A DNA stretch of 63,208 nt, the filler included, from Chiloscyllium plagiosum (lineage: Eukaryota): NCBI RefSeq assembly GCF_004010195.1. It is 4 parts of one record of this genome, joined end to end, with 100 filler letters (N's around TTAATTAATTAA, not from the genome) between each part and the next. Parts side by side here need not be neighbours in the genome. Positions count along the whole stretch, not along the records: positions 1 to 20,033 come from NC_057713.1; 3 more parts are not named here. One strand, written 5' to 3'. Below the pieces are notes generated by a model. The model was given only the letters and a program-made list of their open reading frames with translations. It made no database searches and had not been told where the DNA came from. This document shows positions 1 to 13,703 of the stretch, piece by piece. Within the stretch, counting starts at the first letter, position 1. Each line of letters starts with the position of its first letter. The translations under genes and the position numbers were made by a program.

Positions 1-258
1 CACCTGCCCTGCCTTATTTCCCAAGAGTAGGTCAAGTTTTGCACCTTCTCTAGTCTTGTACACACTTAAGAAATTCCTCTCCATCTAAACCTTTAACACT
101 ATGGCAGTCCCAGTCGATGTTTGGAAAGTTAAAATCCCCTACCATAACCACCCTATTATTCTTGCAGATAGCTGAGATCTCCTTACAAGTTTGTTTCTCA
201 ATTTCCCTCTGACTATTGGGGGGGTCTACAATACAATCCCAATAAGGTGATCATCCTT
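1..258 (-). mobile_element. CR1/HER1-type LINE ORF2 endonuclease fragment
   Basis: Minus strand translates to LLGLYCRPPNSQREIE...RVVMVGDFNFPNIDWD, the APE-endonuclease motifs of CR1 LINEs. Confidence 0.8.
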
Positions 259-260
259 AT

Positions 261-557
261 GAGGGCGGCACTGTGGCACAGTGGTTAGTCCTGCTGCCTC
301 ACAGCGCCAGAGACCCGGGTTCAATTCCCGCCTCAGGCGACTGACTGTGTGGAGTTTGCACGTTCTCCCCGTGTCTGCTCGGGTTTCCTCCCACAGTCCA
401 AAAATGTGCAGGTCAGGTGAATTGGCTGTGCTAAATTGTCCATAGTGTTAGGTAAGGGGTACATGTAGGGGTATGGGTGGGTTGCGCTTCGGCGGGGCGG
501 TGTGGACTTGTTGGGCCGAAGGGCCTGTTTCCACACTGTAAGTAATCTAAGTAATCC
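261..557 (+). mobile_element. HE1-type tRNA-derived SINE
   Basis: Pol III A box (TGGCACAGTGG) and B box (GGTTCAATTCCC), conserved body, and a CR1-like tail ending in TAATC repeats. Near-identical copies at 20936-21245 and 57063-57368. Confidence 0.85.
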
Positions 558-559
558 CT

Positions 560-878
560 TTCTTGGCAAAATGGTAAATTCAACCATGTGTTCTTACAGG
601 AGAGAGATTGCAGAGGGACAGAGAAAGAGAGGTTCGGCATGGAGCTGTTTCTTTGGGTTCAGCAGCTTCTCTGGGTTCCCAGCTAAAACCTTGACCAGCA
701 ACTTCAAATAGACTGCTTGCTAAAACCAAACCAGAAAAAAAACCCTGAAATGGGAGAACTGGCCACTTGCTTTTCATTGTACAAGTGTTTTTTAAAAAGC
801 ACTTAAAAGCTTTTTCAAGTAGATATTTCAAGACATATCGGAACCTCTGCTTTTACGACCCCTCTGAAAAAAAACCAA
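560..878. mobile_element. Gypsy-type LTR fragment
   Basis: Loose resemblance to the internal part of the solo LTR at 59939-60598 (GAGAGAGA...CAGCTTC...AAATCCTG/AACCCTG...TGGGAG). Confidence 0.35.
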
Positions 879-1195
879 AGCGGCATTGTGGCTCAGTGGT
901 TAGCACTGCTGCCTCACAGCGCCAGGGTCCCGGGTTCAATTCCCGTCTCGGGCAACTGTCTGTGTGGAGTTTTCACATTCTCCCCATGTCTGCGTGGGTT
1001 TCCTCCAGGTGCTCCAGTTTCCTCCCACCGTCCAGAGATGTACAGGTTAGGTAAATTGGCCATGCTAAATTGCCCGTAATGTTAGGTGTATTAATCAGGG
1101 GAATGGGTCTGGTGGGTTGCTCTTCAGAGGGTCAGTGTGGACTGGTTGGGCCAAAGGGCCTGTTTCCACACTGTAGGTAATTAATCTAATCTAAT
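879..1195 (+). mobile_element. HE1-type SINE
   Basis: Same A/B boxes, body and (TAATC)n tail as 261-557. Confidence 0.85.
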
Positions 1196-3094
1196 TAGAA
1201 TAACCTTGTTAAAGGAGCAGCATCGTCACACACAGGCAAAAGGTTAATCCTATAGATTGCAGGCTAATTGCTAAATTTAACAAGTTTTCACAGTATAATA
1301 TTGTGTTGGCCTGCACAATAGGTAAAGCATTTTAAAACACAGGGATACCATCTTAGGGTTTGATCTTTTAGGACTGAGATGGTAAGAAATTGTTTAATTC
1401 AAAGGATACTAGTTCTCTTTAATTCCCCATCTCAGAAAGCTGTGGATGTTCCATCAGAAAATGTATTTAGAGCTGAATGGTTAGATTTTTGGTCTGTCAG
1501 GGAATCAAGGGATATGAGGTGCAGGTATGAAAATGAAGTTGAAGCCCAAGATCAATTATGATTGTAATGAATGGCAGAGCTGGCTCAACAGACCGTATGA
1601 TTAACTCCTGCTCCTCCTTTATTCTTTATCAAAGGTGCCCCTGGCAAGGCCAGCACTTATTGCCATCCTCAATTCTCCTTGATTTGCTAGACTATTTCAA
1701 ACAGCACTTGAGAATCAACAATTTGTTGTAGTTTTGCAATCAAATGCAGGCCATACTGGGTGAAGAAAAGAGATTTCCTCCCTTAAATGTGTGTGTCTTT
1801 GTAGGATAGAAGGTCAGCCTAATGGATTTCTACAATATTTAGTAGTTCTGTGGTTACCATAGCTGAAGTTAGCTTTATATTTCACCAGCTGCTGTAGTTG
1901 GATTTGAACTCATGTCTAGGACATTAACCTGATCCTCTGGAATACGAGTCATGACATTACAACTGTGCCATAATCTCTCTCTAATTCTTGTGTAAGTCTC
2001 TTAGCAATATTTTGAATGAATTTTTTTTTACCTTGTATGCTCACGGTTTCATAGAGGGGTCAATTCCCAAATATGAGAATTAAACTTACAGAGCAGAAAC
2101 TCTGTTCTAATGCAGAACCATTGTGGCTAGATATGCTCTGCTAATTGTTTTAGACACATCCTCTGTTAAGAATCAACAGATTCAATTCCTTATTCAATCA
2201 ATTCCTAGTGAACTGCTCAGGATCTAGCTTTCATTTTGAAATGCTTGCTTCCTGTTGCAGTTCCACTGCAACTAGAGGTTGCAGCATTAATATTTTACAT
2301 TACTTCACTCTTCCTTTTTTAAAAGTTGAGTGCAATTTTGTTTCATGTTTCTAAAGCCTGGGTTAAGGATTGAGAGCAAATTAGATGTTGACAGAGATTG
2401 CTGCATTGGAATCAAAATTGGCCTCAACTCTCATTTAAATGTGATGTGATCTGTGGGAGACTGCTATACATCCTCTGTTAAGTCTATATTTGCTCTCTCT
2501 ATCCTTTCTGTCAAAATACATCACTTCACCCTTCAGAATAAATTCCGTCTATCAGTTGCCTGCCTACTCTGTTTACTTTTTTTTTATTCATTCACAGAAT
2601 GTAGGCATTACTGGTTAAACTATCATTTGTTGCCTATCCCTAAGTGTCTTGAGAAGGTAACGGTGAACTGCTATCTTCCTTTGGATTAGATATGACTCCA
2701 AACAGTGGAGACAGTTTTTTCTTGATTCCCATTGACTCTAGTATTGCTCAGGTTCCTTGATGCCATATATTGTCAAATACTGTTTTGATGACAATGGTAG
2801 TCATTCTCAACTATTTTACAGTATATTGGCATCATTGCTCACTTTTTATCACATCTGCAATTCTTGAAAGGTTTGATTCCAATGTCTCAAAGTTTTATCC
2901 TATTGCCAGTGTGAGTTTTCTTTTACCTATTGGGTTATTTATATATTTTTATGCTTTGATTTTTCAGAACCCTTCAAGTCATTCCTTGTTGCTAATGATT
3001 TTTATTTGTGCCATTGTGAAATGGGAATGTCAATCTGTGCTGCTAAATTCATTAGTATGGAATGCTTGCTTATACACCAGTCATTGAATGTAAC

Positions 3095-3380
3095 CAAGCA
3101 AGTGTAGCAATCAGTTAGGAAGACAAATGGTATGTTGGCCTTCATTGTAAGAAGGTTTGAATACAGTAACAAGGAAGTCATACTGCAGCTGTATAGGATC
3201 TTTATGAGATTCCACCTTGAGTATTACGAACAGTTTTGGTCTTACCTAAGAAAACAAATATTTGCCACTAGATAAGACTACGATGGCTGTTTTTTCATAT
3301 AAGAACTTGGGTTGACTGGGGCTGTTTAGAAGAATGAGAGGGGATCTCATTGAAATGTATAACCCTGTCATAACTGGACA
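3095..3380 (+). mobile_element. old CR1 LINE ORF2 C-terminal fragment
   Basis: Degenerate match to the KEVILQLYRxLxRxHLEY...QFW region seen in younger copies. Confidence 0.6.
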
Positions 3381-5119
3381 AAACTGTTACAACCTGTTCT
3401 GTAGTGGTTAAACTTTTGATTGTACCTTTCACACCCATAACCTCTACCTGCTAAAAGTACAATAGTAGTAGATGTAGGGGAGCACCTCTCCAAGCCACAC
3501 ATCACCTTGGCTTGGAATTGTGTTGCTGTTCTGTCACTGTTGTTGAGTCAAAACCCTGGCATTCCCTAATGGCCCTGTGAGTGTACCCAGATCACTTGGA
3601 CTGCAGCTGTTTAAGATGATGGTTCATCAGCAATTTCTTGAGGGCAGTTAGGGATATGTAATAAAAATGTTGTAACCATGGTTCCATGAAAGAATACATT
3701 TTAAAACTACCCTGAGGAATTCTGCAGCAATTTCTTATGAAATGAAATGATTGGCCTCCAACAAGCACACCCAACATCTCGGAACCTAAACTAGGTATGA
3801 TCCAATCAATGGAGAGTTTTATTCCTGATCCCCATTGACACCACCATTGCTATGCCTTTTTGATGCCACACTCAGATAAGTAGTGCCTTGTTGTCAAGGG
3901 CAATCTCTTGTATCTCATCTGTTGAATTCAACACTTAGTCCATTTTTAGGCCGAGACTGTTATGAGGATTAAAGCCAAGTGGCCCTGACAGAACCCAAAC
4001 TGTGCATCAATTAGGCAAGTTGAGAGTATTCTCCACTATTGTGACTTGTGCTTTGTGAATGGTGGACTGGTTTCATACAGTCAGGAGGTGAGTTAATTAG
4101 GATTTCCCTGACTCTGGCCAGCTCTTATAACCATAGTATCCATATGCCTCATTCTGTTAAGTTTCTGGTCAATGGTAACCCTAGGATTGTGATAATGGGG
4201 GATGCAGCAAGCAATAATGGTAAAGTGATTAGCTGTTATTTACAGTTTAATGATTTGATTCCCCATGTCCACCTAAGGTCATTCTACTTATTGCCTCGGG
4301 CTAACAACAAAAGGACAGTAACTCATTATTCTATATGCCATCACCTTGAATAATACGCATTATTTTATCAAGTATAATTACTGCCAGCCCTGGAAAGGCA
4401 AAGACCAAGGCATGTACAAATCTGGAAAGAACTACTCTAATCCTTCAGCTCAGTCAAATCCAGAAATTATTCTGCACTTCCCTCCCAGTCACTTGCCCTG
4501 CCAAATATTATTACCATTTCCTCTTGGATTTGTTCAGTTCTCTGCACAGTCCATTATCACCATGTATGCAAAATAATTAAATATGAACTGTATAGCTGTA
4601 GTAGGAGGGTCTGCACCAGAGAGGTGATTTGCAAAAGAGGCAGCGTGGAGATGAGGAAAAATTCTTTCATGCAGCAGTTGTGATCTGAAAATATACTGTT
4701 TCAAAGGCTGGCAGAAGCTGATTCAGTACCAACTTTCAATAAGGCATTGGATAGGTACTGCATAAAAGAAAAAGGGAATGAATAGGAATGACATTATCTG
4801 TATCATTTTTCAAAGAGCTGGCACTATATGATGGGTCAAATGGCCTCTGTCAAATTGCTGTATCAATCTATGTTCAGCTTGCATCTGGGTTAATTTGTAG
4901 ATGAATTGGCAACATGAAACATATTGAATGAAAATTTCCTCAGAAATATATGCAATAACCCACATTTTTTGCAAATTACAATTTATTTTACTCTCATAGG
5001 GCTCAGATGAAGACTGTAACATTATTAAACTGACCTTCAATACTTAAGTAAGACTTCTCTGATTCTTTTCTAGTTGACAAAGTGAGCAATTAGTCTTATC
5101 AATCAGTTGCCTTCCATAC

Positions 5120-5270
5120 CTTGTGGATCAGGAGCCTCTCCCCATAGTGCATTGCAGTTCCTTCTATACAGCCATTGAGGACATAAACATGTCTTTGGCT
5201 CAGTCCAGCCCTGAGGGGAAGGCCTGAGGCAGACCACAACTTAACCTCGTGCTCCAATTGGATGGGTAAA
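5120..5270 (-). other. exon-like segment, putative downstream exon of the RGS22-like gene
   Basis: Minus-strand acceptor ACATTACAG and donor AAG|GTATGG. One frame is open throughout (LPIQLEHEVKLW...GERLLIHK). Lies in non-repeat sequence. Any RGS-domain resemblance is weak and judged by eye. Confidence 0.35.
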
Positions 5271-5552
5271 CTGTAATGTGTGTATCATGGTGGTAGTGTG
5301 AGGGGGCATCAAGTAGCATAATGTGCGGCTCAGATGCCCAAGTGTTGAGTCAGGATGTGGGAGGTGGGAATAGTTGCACAGTCTATTTTCACAGCAAAAT
5401 TACTGAATTTTAAAACCACATTTTTTTTGGCATTCACAGTGACTGCACCAGGATATCAAACACACATCTGACCTCTTCCCTTCTCCTTGGCAATATATTT
5501 TGTAGAAGACTCCTTCTTTTACAGAATTCCATAATATTACAGAAGTCATGCA

Positions 5553-5750
5553 GTGTCAGAAAGTGTGGTGCTGGAAAAACACAGCTGGTCAGACAGCATT
5601 CGAGGACCAGGGGCTTCCAAGTTTCAAGAATAAGCTCTTTATCAGATTATGCTTGAAACGTCGACTCTCCTGCTCCTCGGATGTTGCCTGACCGGTGGTG
5701 CTTTTCCAGCACCACACGTTTTGACTCTGATTTCCAGCATTTGCAGTACT
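5553..5750. mobile_element. Penelope-derived inverted-repeat (palindromic) element
   Basis: GTGTGGTGCTGGAAAA...GCATT arm mirrored by GATGTTGCCTGACC...TTTTCCAGCACCACAC; degenerate hammerhead core (GAAACGTCGA) at the centre. Confidence 0.7.
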
Positions 5751-6399
5751 CCAAGAGGTCATGCAGTTCAGAGGTTAGCCATTTGGGGTAACTAGTCTAT
5801 ATTGGCCTTTAAGCAGCACCTGAACCTCCCCATATCTTTCCTCATCTAATATCATCACTGTTATGCAAGGCAATGGCTGTGAAGGGATTAGTATTCATGT
5901 TGCATTGAACTCCACCCAGTGTAATGATGTCACTCAGACAATGTAATGACTTCCATATTAGCTGTCACAGGGAGCAGGCATGTTCTGTACAACCCTTGAG
6001 ATTCCTTAGAAACTATTTGTGACTAGCAACATAAGTTATTGCTATTGTGCAGTAAATCATCTATCATCTAGTTAACTAAGACAATTTCCTCTTCTACTTG
6101 AACTGATACTTAGACAGTGCAAATGAAGGAAGATTAGTGAAAGCAAACTGCCTCAAACAATGTTTACCTTGTGCCATATACAGGTGCCAGCCGTGCCATT
6201 GTGGGAAATATCACCAACATTGCCATTGGTCACCATTTATTCCCTCTTCCACCGTACGCCTGGCCAGCTTCTCCTCAAATGCATTTGTACAATTTATTTC
6301 AACCATTGTCTGTGATAACAGGTTCCACATTCTCATCTAGCTCTGGATAAGATAGTTTCTTCTGAATTCCATATTAGATTCTTAATGACTGTCTTAGTA

Positions 6400-6560
6400 A
6401 TGATGTGGAGGTGATAGTGATGGACTGAGGTGGACAAAGCTAAAAATCACACAATAGTGTGATTTTTAACTAGTTAACTGATGAAGGAGCATGGCTCTGA
6501 ATGCTTGTATTTTCAAATAAACCCGTTGGACTATAACCTGGTGTTGTGTGATTTGTAGCT
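6400..6560. mobile_element. Penelope-like terminal repeat fragments (inverted pair)
   Basis: CTGATGAAGGAGCA...AATAAACCCGTTGGACTATAACCTGGTGTTGTGTG matches the terminus of the PLE at 38515-38640. Confidence 0.65.
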
Positions 6561-7653
6561 TTATTATAGTAATGACCTTTGGTTATGTCCTTCCTGACAA
6601 CGGAAACATTCTTTCCATATCAACTCTAACAAAACCTTGTGTAAGTTTAAAGAACCACTGTCAGATCAGCCCTTTCTCAGAGAATTTAGGTGATCCAGAG
6701 CCTGTCTCATGCACCACAAGAATTTGCCAGTGAGTCTGACACCTGCTCAGGAGGTTTGGTGCGTACTGGCCCTACCTCTGAATGAGAAACTCCAGGTTTG
6801 AGTCCTTCTCATAGGGACATGAAGCTAGCCAGAATCTTACACATGTTCCACCATTGAACTTGATCATGGGAGATCGCTATCTTAACTCCATTTACCCACC
6901 ATGGCTAGCAGGTTGAGTTTCAATCTAAAATCATTCCATCACCAACCAATGGCAGATCATAAGAGCAGAAAAGATTCCTGGTCAGTCATGTGCTGGAAAG
7001 AATGTTGGAGTCCCCTTCCTTGCTATTCAAACTACAATATGCATGTAAAGGTGCATGTTGCCACAGCAACCCAGCCACCCTGAGTGAATTGTGACCAAGC
7101 AACATTGGATGTGAGTTCTATTGTTAAATTGATATGTCTTAACTCCAAAAACAGCAATGCAAAGCAGGTCAATTTCTATCGTAATATGTGCCTTTTATGG
7201 TATAGCCGCCAGAATAATTGACAGTACTTTAGATTAGTGCTCTGTACAAAATTATGATTGCCTCTGAGCACCTGAAATGTATTTTTCTTTGACCATTCTC
7301 CCAAGAGACTGTAAAACAATGGCATATTACCGCTTAAAAGGACATTCATTTCTGAGTCAAGAAAAATCACAGGATGATTAAAATTTTGTAATCTTTGAAT
7401 TTTCACAGTGGTGCAGTATTAGACATGGAGCAGGAGGAAGCCTTTTGCCCCTTAACCCTGTTTTGCAATTCTATAGTATCATGGCTGATGTGATTTTAAC
7501 TCCAAATTAACATTTCTGCCTACCATTGATGACCTTTCACCCCCTTGCTTATAAAGAACATACCCAACTCTGCCTTAAAAATATTCAAGGATTCTGCTTT
7601 CACCACTTTTCCAGGAAGAACATTCCAAAGATTTACAATTGTCTGAGGCATGG

Positions 7654-8025
7654 TCATAGAGATATACAGCATGGAAACAGACCCTTCGGTCCAACTTGTC
7701 CATGCCGACCAGATATCCTAAATTAATCTAGTCCCATTTGCCAGCACTTGGCCCACATCCCTCTAAACCCCTCCTATTCATATACCTATACAAATGCCTT
7801 TTAAATGTTGTAATTGTACCAGCATCCACCAGTTCCTCTAGCAGCTCATTCCATACATACATCACCCTTTACATGAAAAAACTGCCCCTTAGGATCCTTT
7901 TAAATCTTGGCCCCCCCCCCCCCCCCCCCCCACCCCGAAACCAATGTCTTCTAGTTCTGGACCCCCCTAATCCAGGGAAAATACCTTGTTTATTTTCTCT
8001 GTCCATGCTCCTCATGATTCTAAAT
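7654..8025 (-). mobile_element. HER1/CR1 LINE 3' end
   Basis: Matches the 3' end of 13704-14823 (GTCATAGAGAT...GGAAACAGACCCTTCGG). Confidence 0.8.
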
Positions 8026-8039
8026 TACATAATTTCTCT

Positions 8040-9420
8040 TTTAAATGAACAGTCCCTCATTTCTAAACAGTAACCCTTAGTTTTTGTGATCGCCTCCTAT
8101 AAGAGAAATATCCTTGCCAGATCTAACTTGCCAAATTCCTCAGGAACTTATATGTTTCAATGCAGTTGCTTTTAATTCCTTCTAAACTCCAGTGGATACA
8201 ATCTGAGCCTGTCCAACCTTTCTTCATAAGGTAATGTACAGATTTGGGTATTAGTTTGGAAAATCTTCTCTGAACTTCTTTCAAAGCTTTTACATCCTTC
8301 CTGAAATAAGGCGACCAGTACTGCACATAGTACTCGAAACATAGTCTCAACAGTGACCTGCATGACTGAAGCATACCCTCCCCACTTTATAACTAATTCC
8401 CTCACTGTTAATTATGACATTCTATTATCTTTCCTGATTACTTGCTGTACCTTGTTATATACTAATCAGCTGTGAATCAGGCATTAAGTCACCCGGATCT
8501 CCTAGCATCTCAGAGCTGTGCAATCTCTCACCATTTAAATAATATGCTTTTTAATTCTTCCTGCCAAAATGGACAATTTTGCCTTTTCTCCCGTTGTACT
8601 CCATTTACCAGATCTTTGCCCACCCACTTAAACTATCAATATCTTTTTATAACCTCCTTGTATCCTCTCCATATCTTAATTAATAATCTTTGTAACATCA
8701 GCAAACTAAGTGAACATACTTTCCATTTCTTCATTCAAGTCATTTATATAAATTATAAACAATTTTTAAACAGTTCCAAATCTTGTACCAGAACATTTGT
8801 TGCATGTTGCCAACCAAATATAAGAGATAAATATATGCTTACTCTCTACATCCTGTTAGCCAGCCAATCTGCTGTTAATGCCAATATCCTACTCCTTATT
8901 CATGAGCTTTATTTTCCTCAATCATCTTTGAAATGGCTATTTATCAAATATCTTCTGGAAATCTAAGTAAAGTAAATCCACTATTTCTCTTTGTCCATAG
9001 CACATTATCTTCTCAAAGAAGTCCAATCGATTGGTTAAACATAATTTCCCTTTCTCAAAACCATGTTGACGCTGCCTGATTACTTTGAATTTATCTAGGT
9101 GGCCTGTCATAACTTGTTTAGTAATAGCTTCAAACATTTTGACTAATTGGCTTGCAGTTTCCTGCTTTCTGTCCCCACCCCCTTTTGAATAAAGGAGTCA
9201 CATTTTGCTATTCTCCAATCGAATGGGATTCCCAAATCAAAAGGGAGCTTTAGATAATTTAGCCAATGGACAAACTATCTCACTCGCCACTTCTTTTAAG
9301 ACCTTAGATAAAGTCCATCAGGACCCGAGCGCTTATCAGCACTCAGCTCCAACAATTTACTCAGTATCACTTTTCTGGTGATTGTAATTTTCCTGTGTTC
9401 TTCCCTCCCTTCTGTTTGTA
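8040..9420 (-). mobile_element. older CR1 LINE RT region
   Basis: Minus-strand ORFs contain QHGFEKGKLCLTN, LYLDFQKIFDK and EYYVQYWSPYFRKDV. Confidence 0.8.
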
Positions 9421-10435
9421 GGTATAGTATTTGCTTATTCACTGAAATTACTGATGATTATTTTATTCATGGAATTACCACTGGAAATATGGGCAATGGA
9501 ATTGACAGTTCTATGTCTGAATTTTTATGTCCACTTCAAAATTGCAGCATCAACAACTTCAACTTGAACTTTTACCATTTTTTTCAATTAAGAGAAATAT
9601 AATAAGGCACTTCACAGAATCAGACACAAATGTATGTTGTGTGGTAGAAATGGTGTTAAGGTGTGTGTGTGTGTGTCAGAAAGCTCAGTTGGAGATGTGG
9701 GTTTAAGTGGTATCTTAGAGGAGAGAGAGACAAAGAATCTTAGGGAGGAAATTCCAGAACATGGGGTCTGGATGATTGAAGGCACAACCAGTAAGGCTGT
9801 CATGAGCACATTGCTATTCATATCAGTTTGCTGTTATTTGCAACAGTAACTACATTTCATCCAAAGTTCATAATATGTTATTAGTATTTGCAAACTTGGG
9901 TTTTAATTTGGAGGAAAAGTGGGTCTAACTTTTTAGTTTGTGAAGATCTTCCCCTTAAGAGATCAGAAATAAATACAAATATATGATTAGGAATAGACTG
10001 TCATTTGGTACATCAAGCTTGCCTTGCCATTCAAGAAGATAATGGCTGATCTGTTGTGTTTCAAGTCCACATTCTCACCTACCTCGAATGTTCTTTGTCT
10101 CCCTTGCCTAATAAGAATCTATCTGCCTTTAACTTAAAAATATTCAATGATAGCCTCCACTGCCTCCTCAGGGAGAGAGGTTCCAATGTAGTCTCCCCTT
10201 TGAGACAATAAATACCTCATCTCTTTTTAATAGAATGATCCCTAATTTTAAAACATTGTAACCTAGTTCTGGGCTCACCCACAAGTGTAAATATCATTTC
10301 TATGTTCACCTTGCCAATATCATTCAAAATTTCATAAACTTCAATTAAATCACCCCTTGCTCTTCTGAACTCTAGTGAAAACAAGCCCAGCCTGACAAAT
10401 CTTCCTTCATAAAATAATAATCATTACAGGTATAA

Positions 10436-10660
10436 AATCATAGATTCCCTACAGTGTGGAAACAGGCCATTTGGCCCAACAAATCCACCTCCGAAGAGTG
10501 ACCCACCCAGACCCACTCCCCTACCTTATTGCTCTACATTTCCCCTAATTAATGCACCTAACCTAAACACTATGGGCAATTTCCCATGGCCAATTCACCT
10601 AACCTGCACATCTTTGGACTGTAGGAGGAAACCAGAATACCTGGAGACAACCCATGCCAA
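10436..10660 (-). mobile_element. HE1-related SINE (partial) inserted in an old CR1 fragment
   Basis: Reverse complement of the HE1 body and tail. Confidence 0.7.
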
Positions 10661-11034
10661 TCTAGTAAATGCCTCTGAACACATTTACATGCTTCCCTCA
10701 AAAAGGAGATTAAAATTTTACACAGTATTGGAGGTAAGTTCTCACCACTGTCCTTAATAACTAAAGTATAACAGCTTTACTTTTACGTTCAACTCCTCAT
10801 TGATAAAGGATAGCATCCTATTACCCTTTCTGATTTTGGGCTTCATACTAACCCTTAACCAGCAATTCATGCATTAGAACACCTCGATTCCTCTGGAACT
10901 TCAGAATTCTGCAACCTTTGTCCATTTCAGTAATACTCTGTTTTTTTATTGTTCTTGCCAAAGTGAATAATTTTACGTTTACCCATCTGCCAGATCTTTG
11001 ACCATTCTATGTTTGTGTGTGCATCCTTGTTATA

Positions 11035-11935
11035 AGGAGAAAGTGAGGACTGTAGGTGCTGGAGATCAGAGTCAAGAGCATGGTGCTGGATTTGCACAGC
11101 AGGTCAGGCAGGAGAATCGATGTTTCGGGCATAAGCCCTTCATCATGAATGAGGCTTGTGGGCTGGGGAGCTGAGTGATAAATGGGAGTGGGCTGGGCAG
11201 GAACTGGGGCTACGGGAAAAAGGAAGATGGGCAGGTATGACCGGTCAAGGGGGCGGTGCCGAGTTGAAGGTTTGGGACTGGGATAAGATAGGGGGATGGG
11301 AAATGAGGAAACCGGTGAAATTCATATTGATCCTGTGTGGTTGCAGGATCCCAAGGCAGAAGATGAGGCATTCTTCCTGCAGGCATCAGGTGGTAAAGTT
11401 TAGGCAATGGAGGAAGCCCATGACCTGCATGTTCTTGGTGGAGTGAAAGGGAGAGTTAAAATGTCACTCCACCAAGGACATGCAGGTCATGGGCCTCCTC
11501 TATTGCCTAACCCTTACCACCCAACACCTGGAGAAAGAATGCCTCATCTTCCGCCTTGGGACCCTGCAACCACAAGGGATCAATGTGGATTTCACCAGTT
11601 TCCTCATTTCCCCTTCCCCCCACTTCATCTCAGTCCCAAGCCTCCAACTCGGCACCACCCCCTTGACCATCTACCTGTCCATCTTTTTCCCTTCCCACCC
11701 ATTCGCTCCACCCGCCCCTCTGACATATCACTTCCACCCTCACCTTCATCTATCTATCACATTCCCAGCTATCTTTCCCCCAGCTCCAACCCTCCCTCTC
11801 ATTTATCGCTCAGTTCCCCAGCCCACAAGCTTCATTCCTGATGAAGGGCTTATGCCCAAAATGTTGATTCTCCTGCTTCTCGGATGCTGCCTGACCTGCT
11901 ATGCTTTTCCAGCATCACACTCTCAACTCTGCATC
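11035..11935. mobile_element. Penelope-like element fragment with inverted + forward arms (GIY-YIG C-terminus and terminal repeat)
   Basis: 11035-11460 is the reverse complement of the 11480-11935 type. ORF contains LEKECLIFRLGTLQPQGINVDF. Mutated hammerhead cores near 11120-11150 and 11838-11870. Confidence 0.8.
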
Positions 11936-12092
11936 CTTGTTATATCACCTTCACAACATACTTTGCTATCTATCTTGTGTCACCTGTAAATTCAGCTACC
12001 ATGCCTTCAATATACTCAACCCAGTTATTGAAATAACTTATAAAAAGCTGAGAGCCCAGGATAGACCATACTTGTCACATTTGCCAAAACCT

Positions 12093-12808
12093 TGAGTTCT
12101 AAATGGTGTTGGCAAAAAGTTAAATGATATCAGCTAGATGACCAGCGTGCTACTGGGATAGATAATTGCTCAGGTGTTTGCCAACTTGGGTTTTATGATT
12201 AACCAAGAGAGAGAGAAGGAGTGAGGAGCAGGGCGAAGAGGCCCATAGCAATAGAGATGCTGTTAGTAGCAGTATCTGAGCAGTCAGGATTGGGGAGCAT
12301 TGAAATGTTTCAAAGTCAGTGAGAATAAAAAGCTCCTAAGTGTGTCAGGGAGGAAGACATTCTACAAGGCTATTTGAAGTCATGAGTGTCAGGAACAGTA
12401 TTCAATAATAGTGATCTGAGTTAGCTTGTTTTAAGAGCCTTGGGAGAGACACTAACTGCAGAAAATTACATCTAGTGAGTATGCAGAAATTTGCCAAAAG
12501 GGAGCCAATTAACAGCCATGCCAACTGAGCAAGAAACTTTAGTGTGAAAGTAAGGGTAACTCTTCACTGAAGTTTGCCTATCTCTAATTTTGTTTCTGGG
12601 CTAAAATGGATGAATCTTTCTTCTTGATGTTGTAATGAGATTGTTCCAATAGCTTATGTTTTTGTCTTTTTTAAAGTAAACATATATTCTCCTGATAAAG
12701 ATTCTTGTGAATATATTCAGTGACTAACCTCCATGGTCAACAAAAAAAACTTCCACATCCCTCAGGGGTCTTACTTGCCCAGTAATACCATCAACTGAGA
12801 TCCTAACA
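12093..12808 (+). mobile_element. possible degenerate solo LTR
   Basis: Ends in ...GATCCTAACA with LTR-like composition; the 5' boundary and a TSD could not be confirmed. Confidence 0.3.
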
Positions 12809-13703
12809 CCACACTTTAAAAAAATACTTCATTGACTATAAAGCTCTTTAGGATTTCTAGAGGTTGTGACAGATGTATAGAGATGCTATTTTTTCCTTTT
12901 ACTAGTGCTGCAGGAATCAGATGTTAAGTAAGCCCAAGCATTTCCGGCTGTTCAAAAAGTTATTTGCACTGTGATATAATATTTGTATTTAAAACCCTGT
13001 GTGGATTGTTCTGTCCCTATGGTTGCTTCAGACCCAAAACCTCTCTCATTGTTGTTAATCACCCATTCTAAATGGAACTGCTACTTGTGTACTAAGCCTT
13101 TTGGGTAGTCTGGAATAAAGCGGCTTGGCCCACCAATATTCAGATCCCTCCCTTAGGAACATGAGGAGATTGAGCCTGTTACACCATTGAATTTGATTAT
13201 GGCTGATCTATGTCTTAACTGTATTTATTTGCCTTTGTTCCATAACCTTTACCTCACAATAATTTATTGATTTCAGTGCTGAAATTTTCAATAAACTTCT
13301 CGGTCTCAACAGGGCGATAGTTTCAGCTTACCAATACCCTCTGTGTAACAGCATGTTTTCTGGCATTATCCCATAAACAGTCTGGCTAAAACATTCAGGT
13401 CTTCTGCCTCCTTGTTCTGGATATCTTTCAGCAGAGAAAGAAGTTTATCTCTATTTATCAAATTCTTGAATCATTTGAACAACTCAATGAAATTTCCCTT
13501 TAATCTTTTAAACCCAAGGGAATACAAGCCTTATCAATGTAACCTGTCCTCATAATACAATCTTTTAGCTGAGGTATAATTCTTATAAATCTTGTGCCGC
13601 ACCCTTTCAAGGCCAATGTATCGTCTGTGAGGTTTGATATCCAGCACTGGCACAGTTACTCACAAGCTGAGGGGGCAAGAGGAGTCAACAAGCTTTATAC
13701 ACA

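Noticed and set aside
333..1079. Short ORFs with CGRKPE-type peptides (also 21053-21421 and 57027-57242)
   Set aside because: Spurious translations of HE1 SINE copies.
7911..7936. Long poly-C run
   Set aside because: Homopolymer expansion within a CR1 3' fragment; length unreliable and no independent sign of function.
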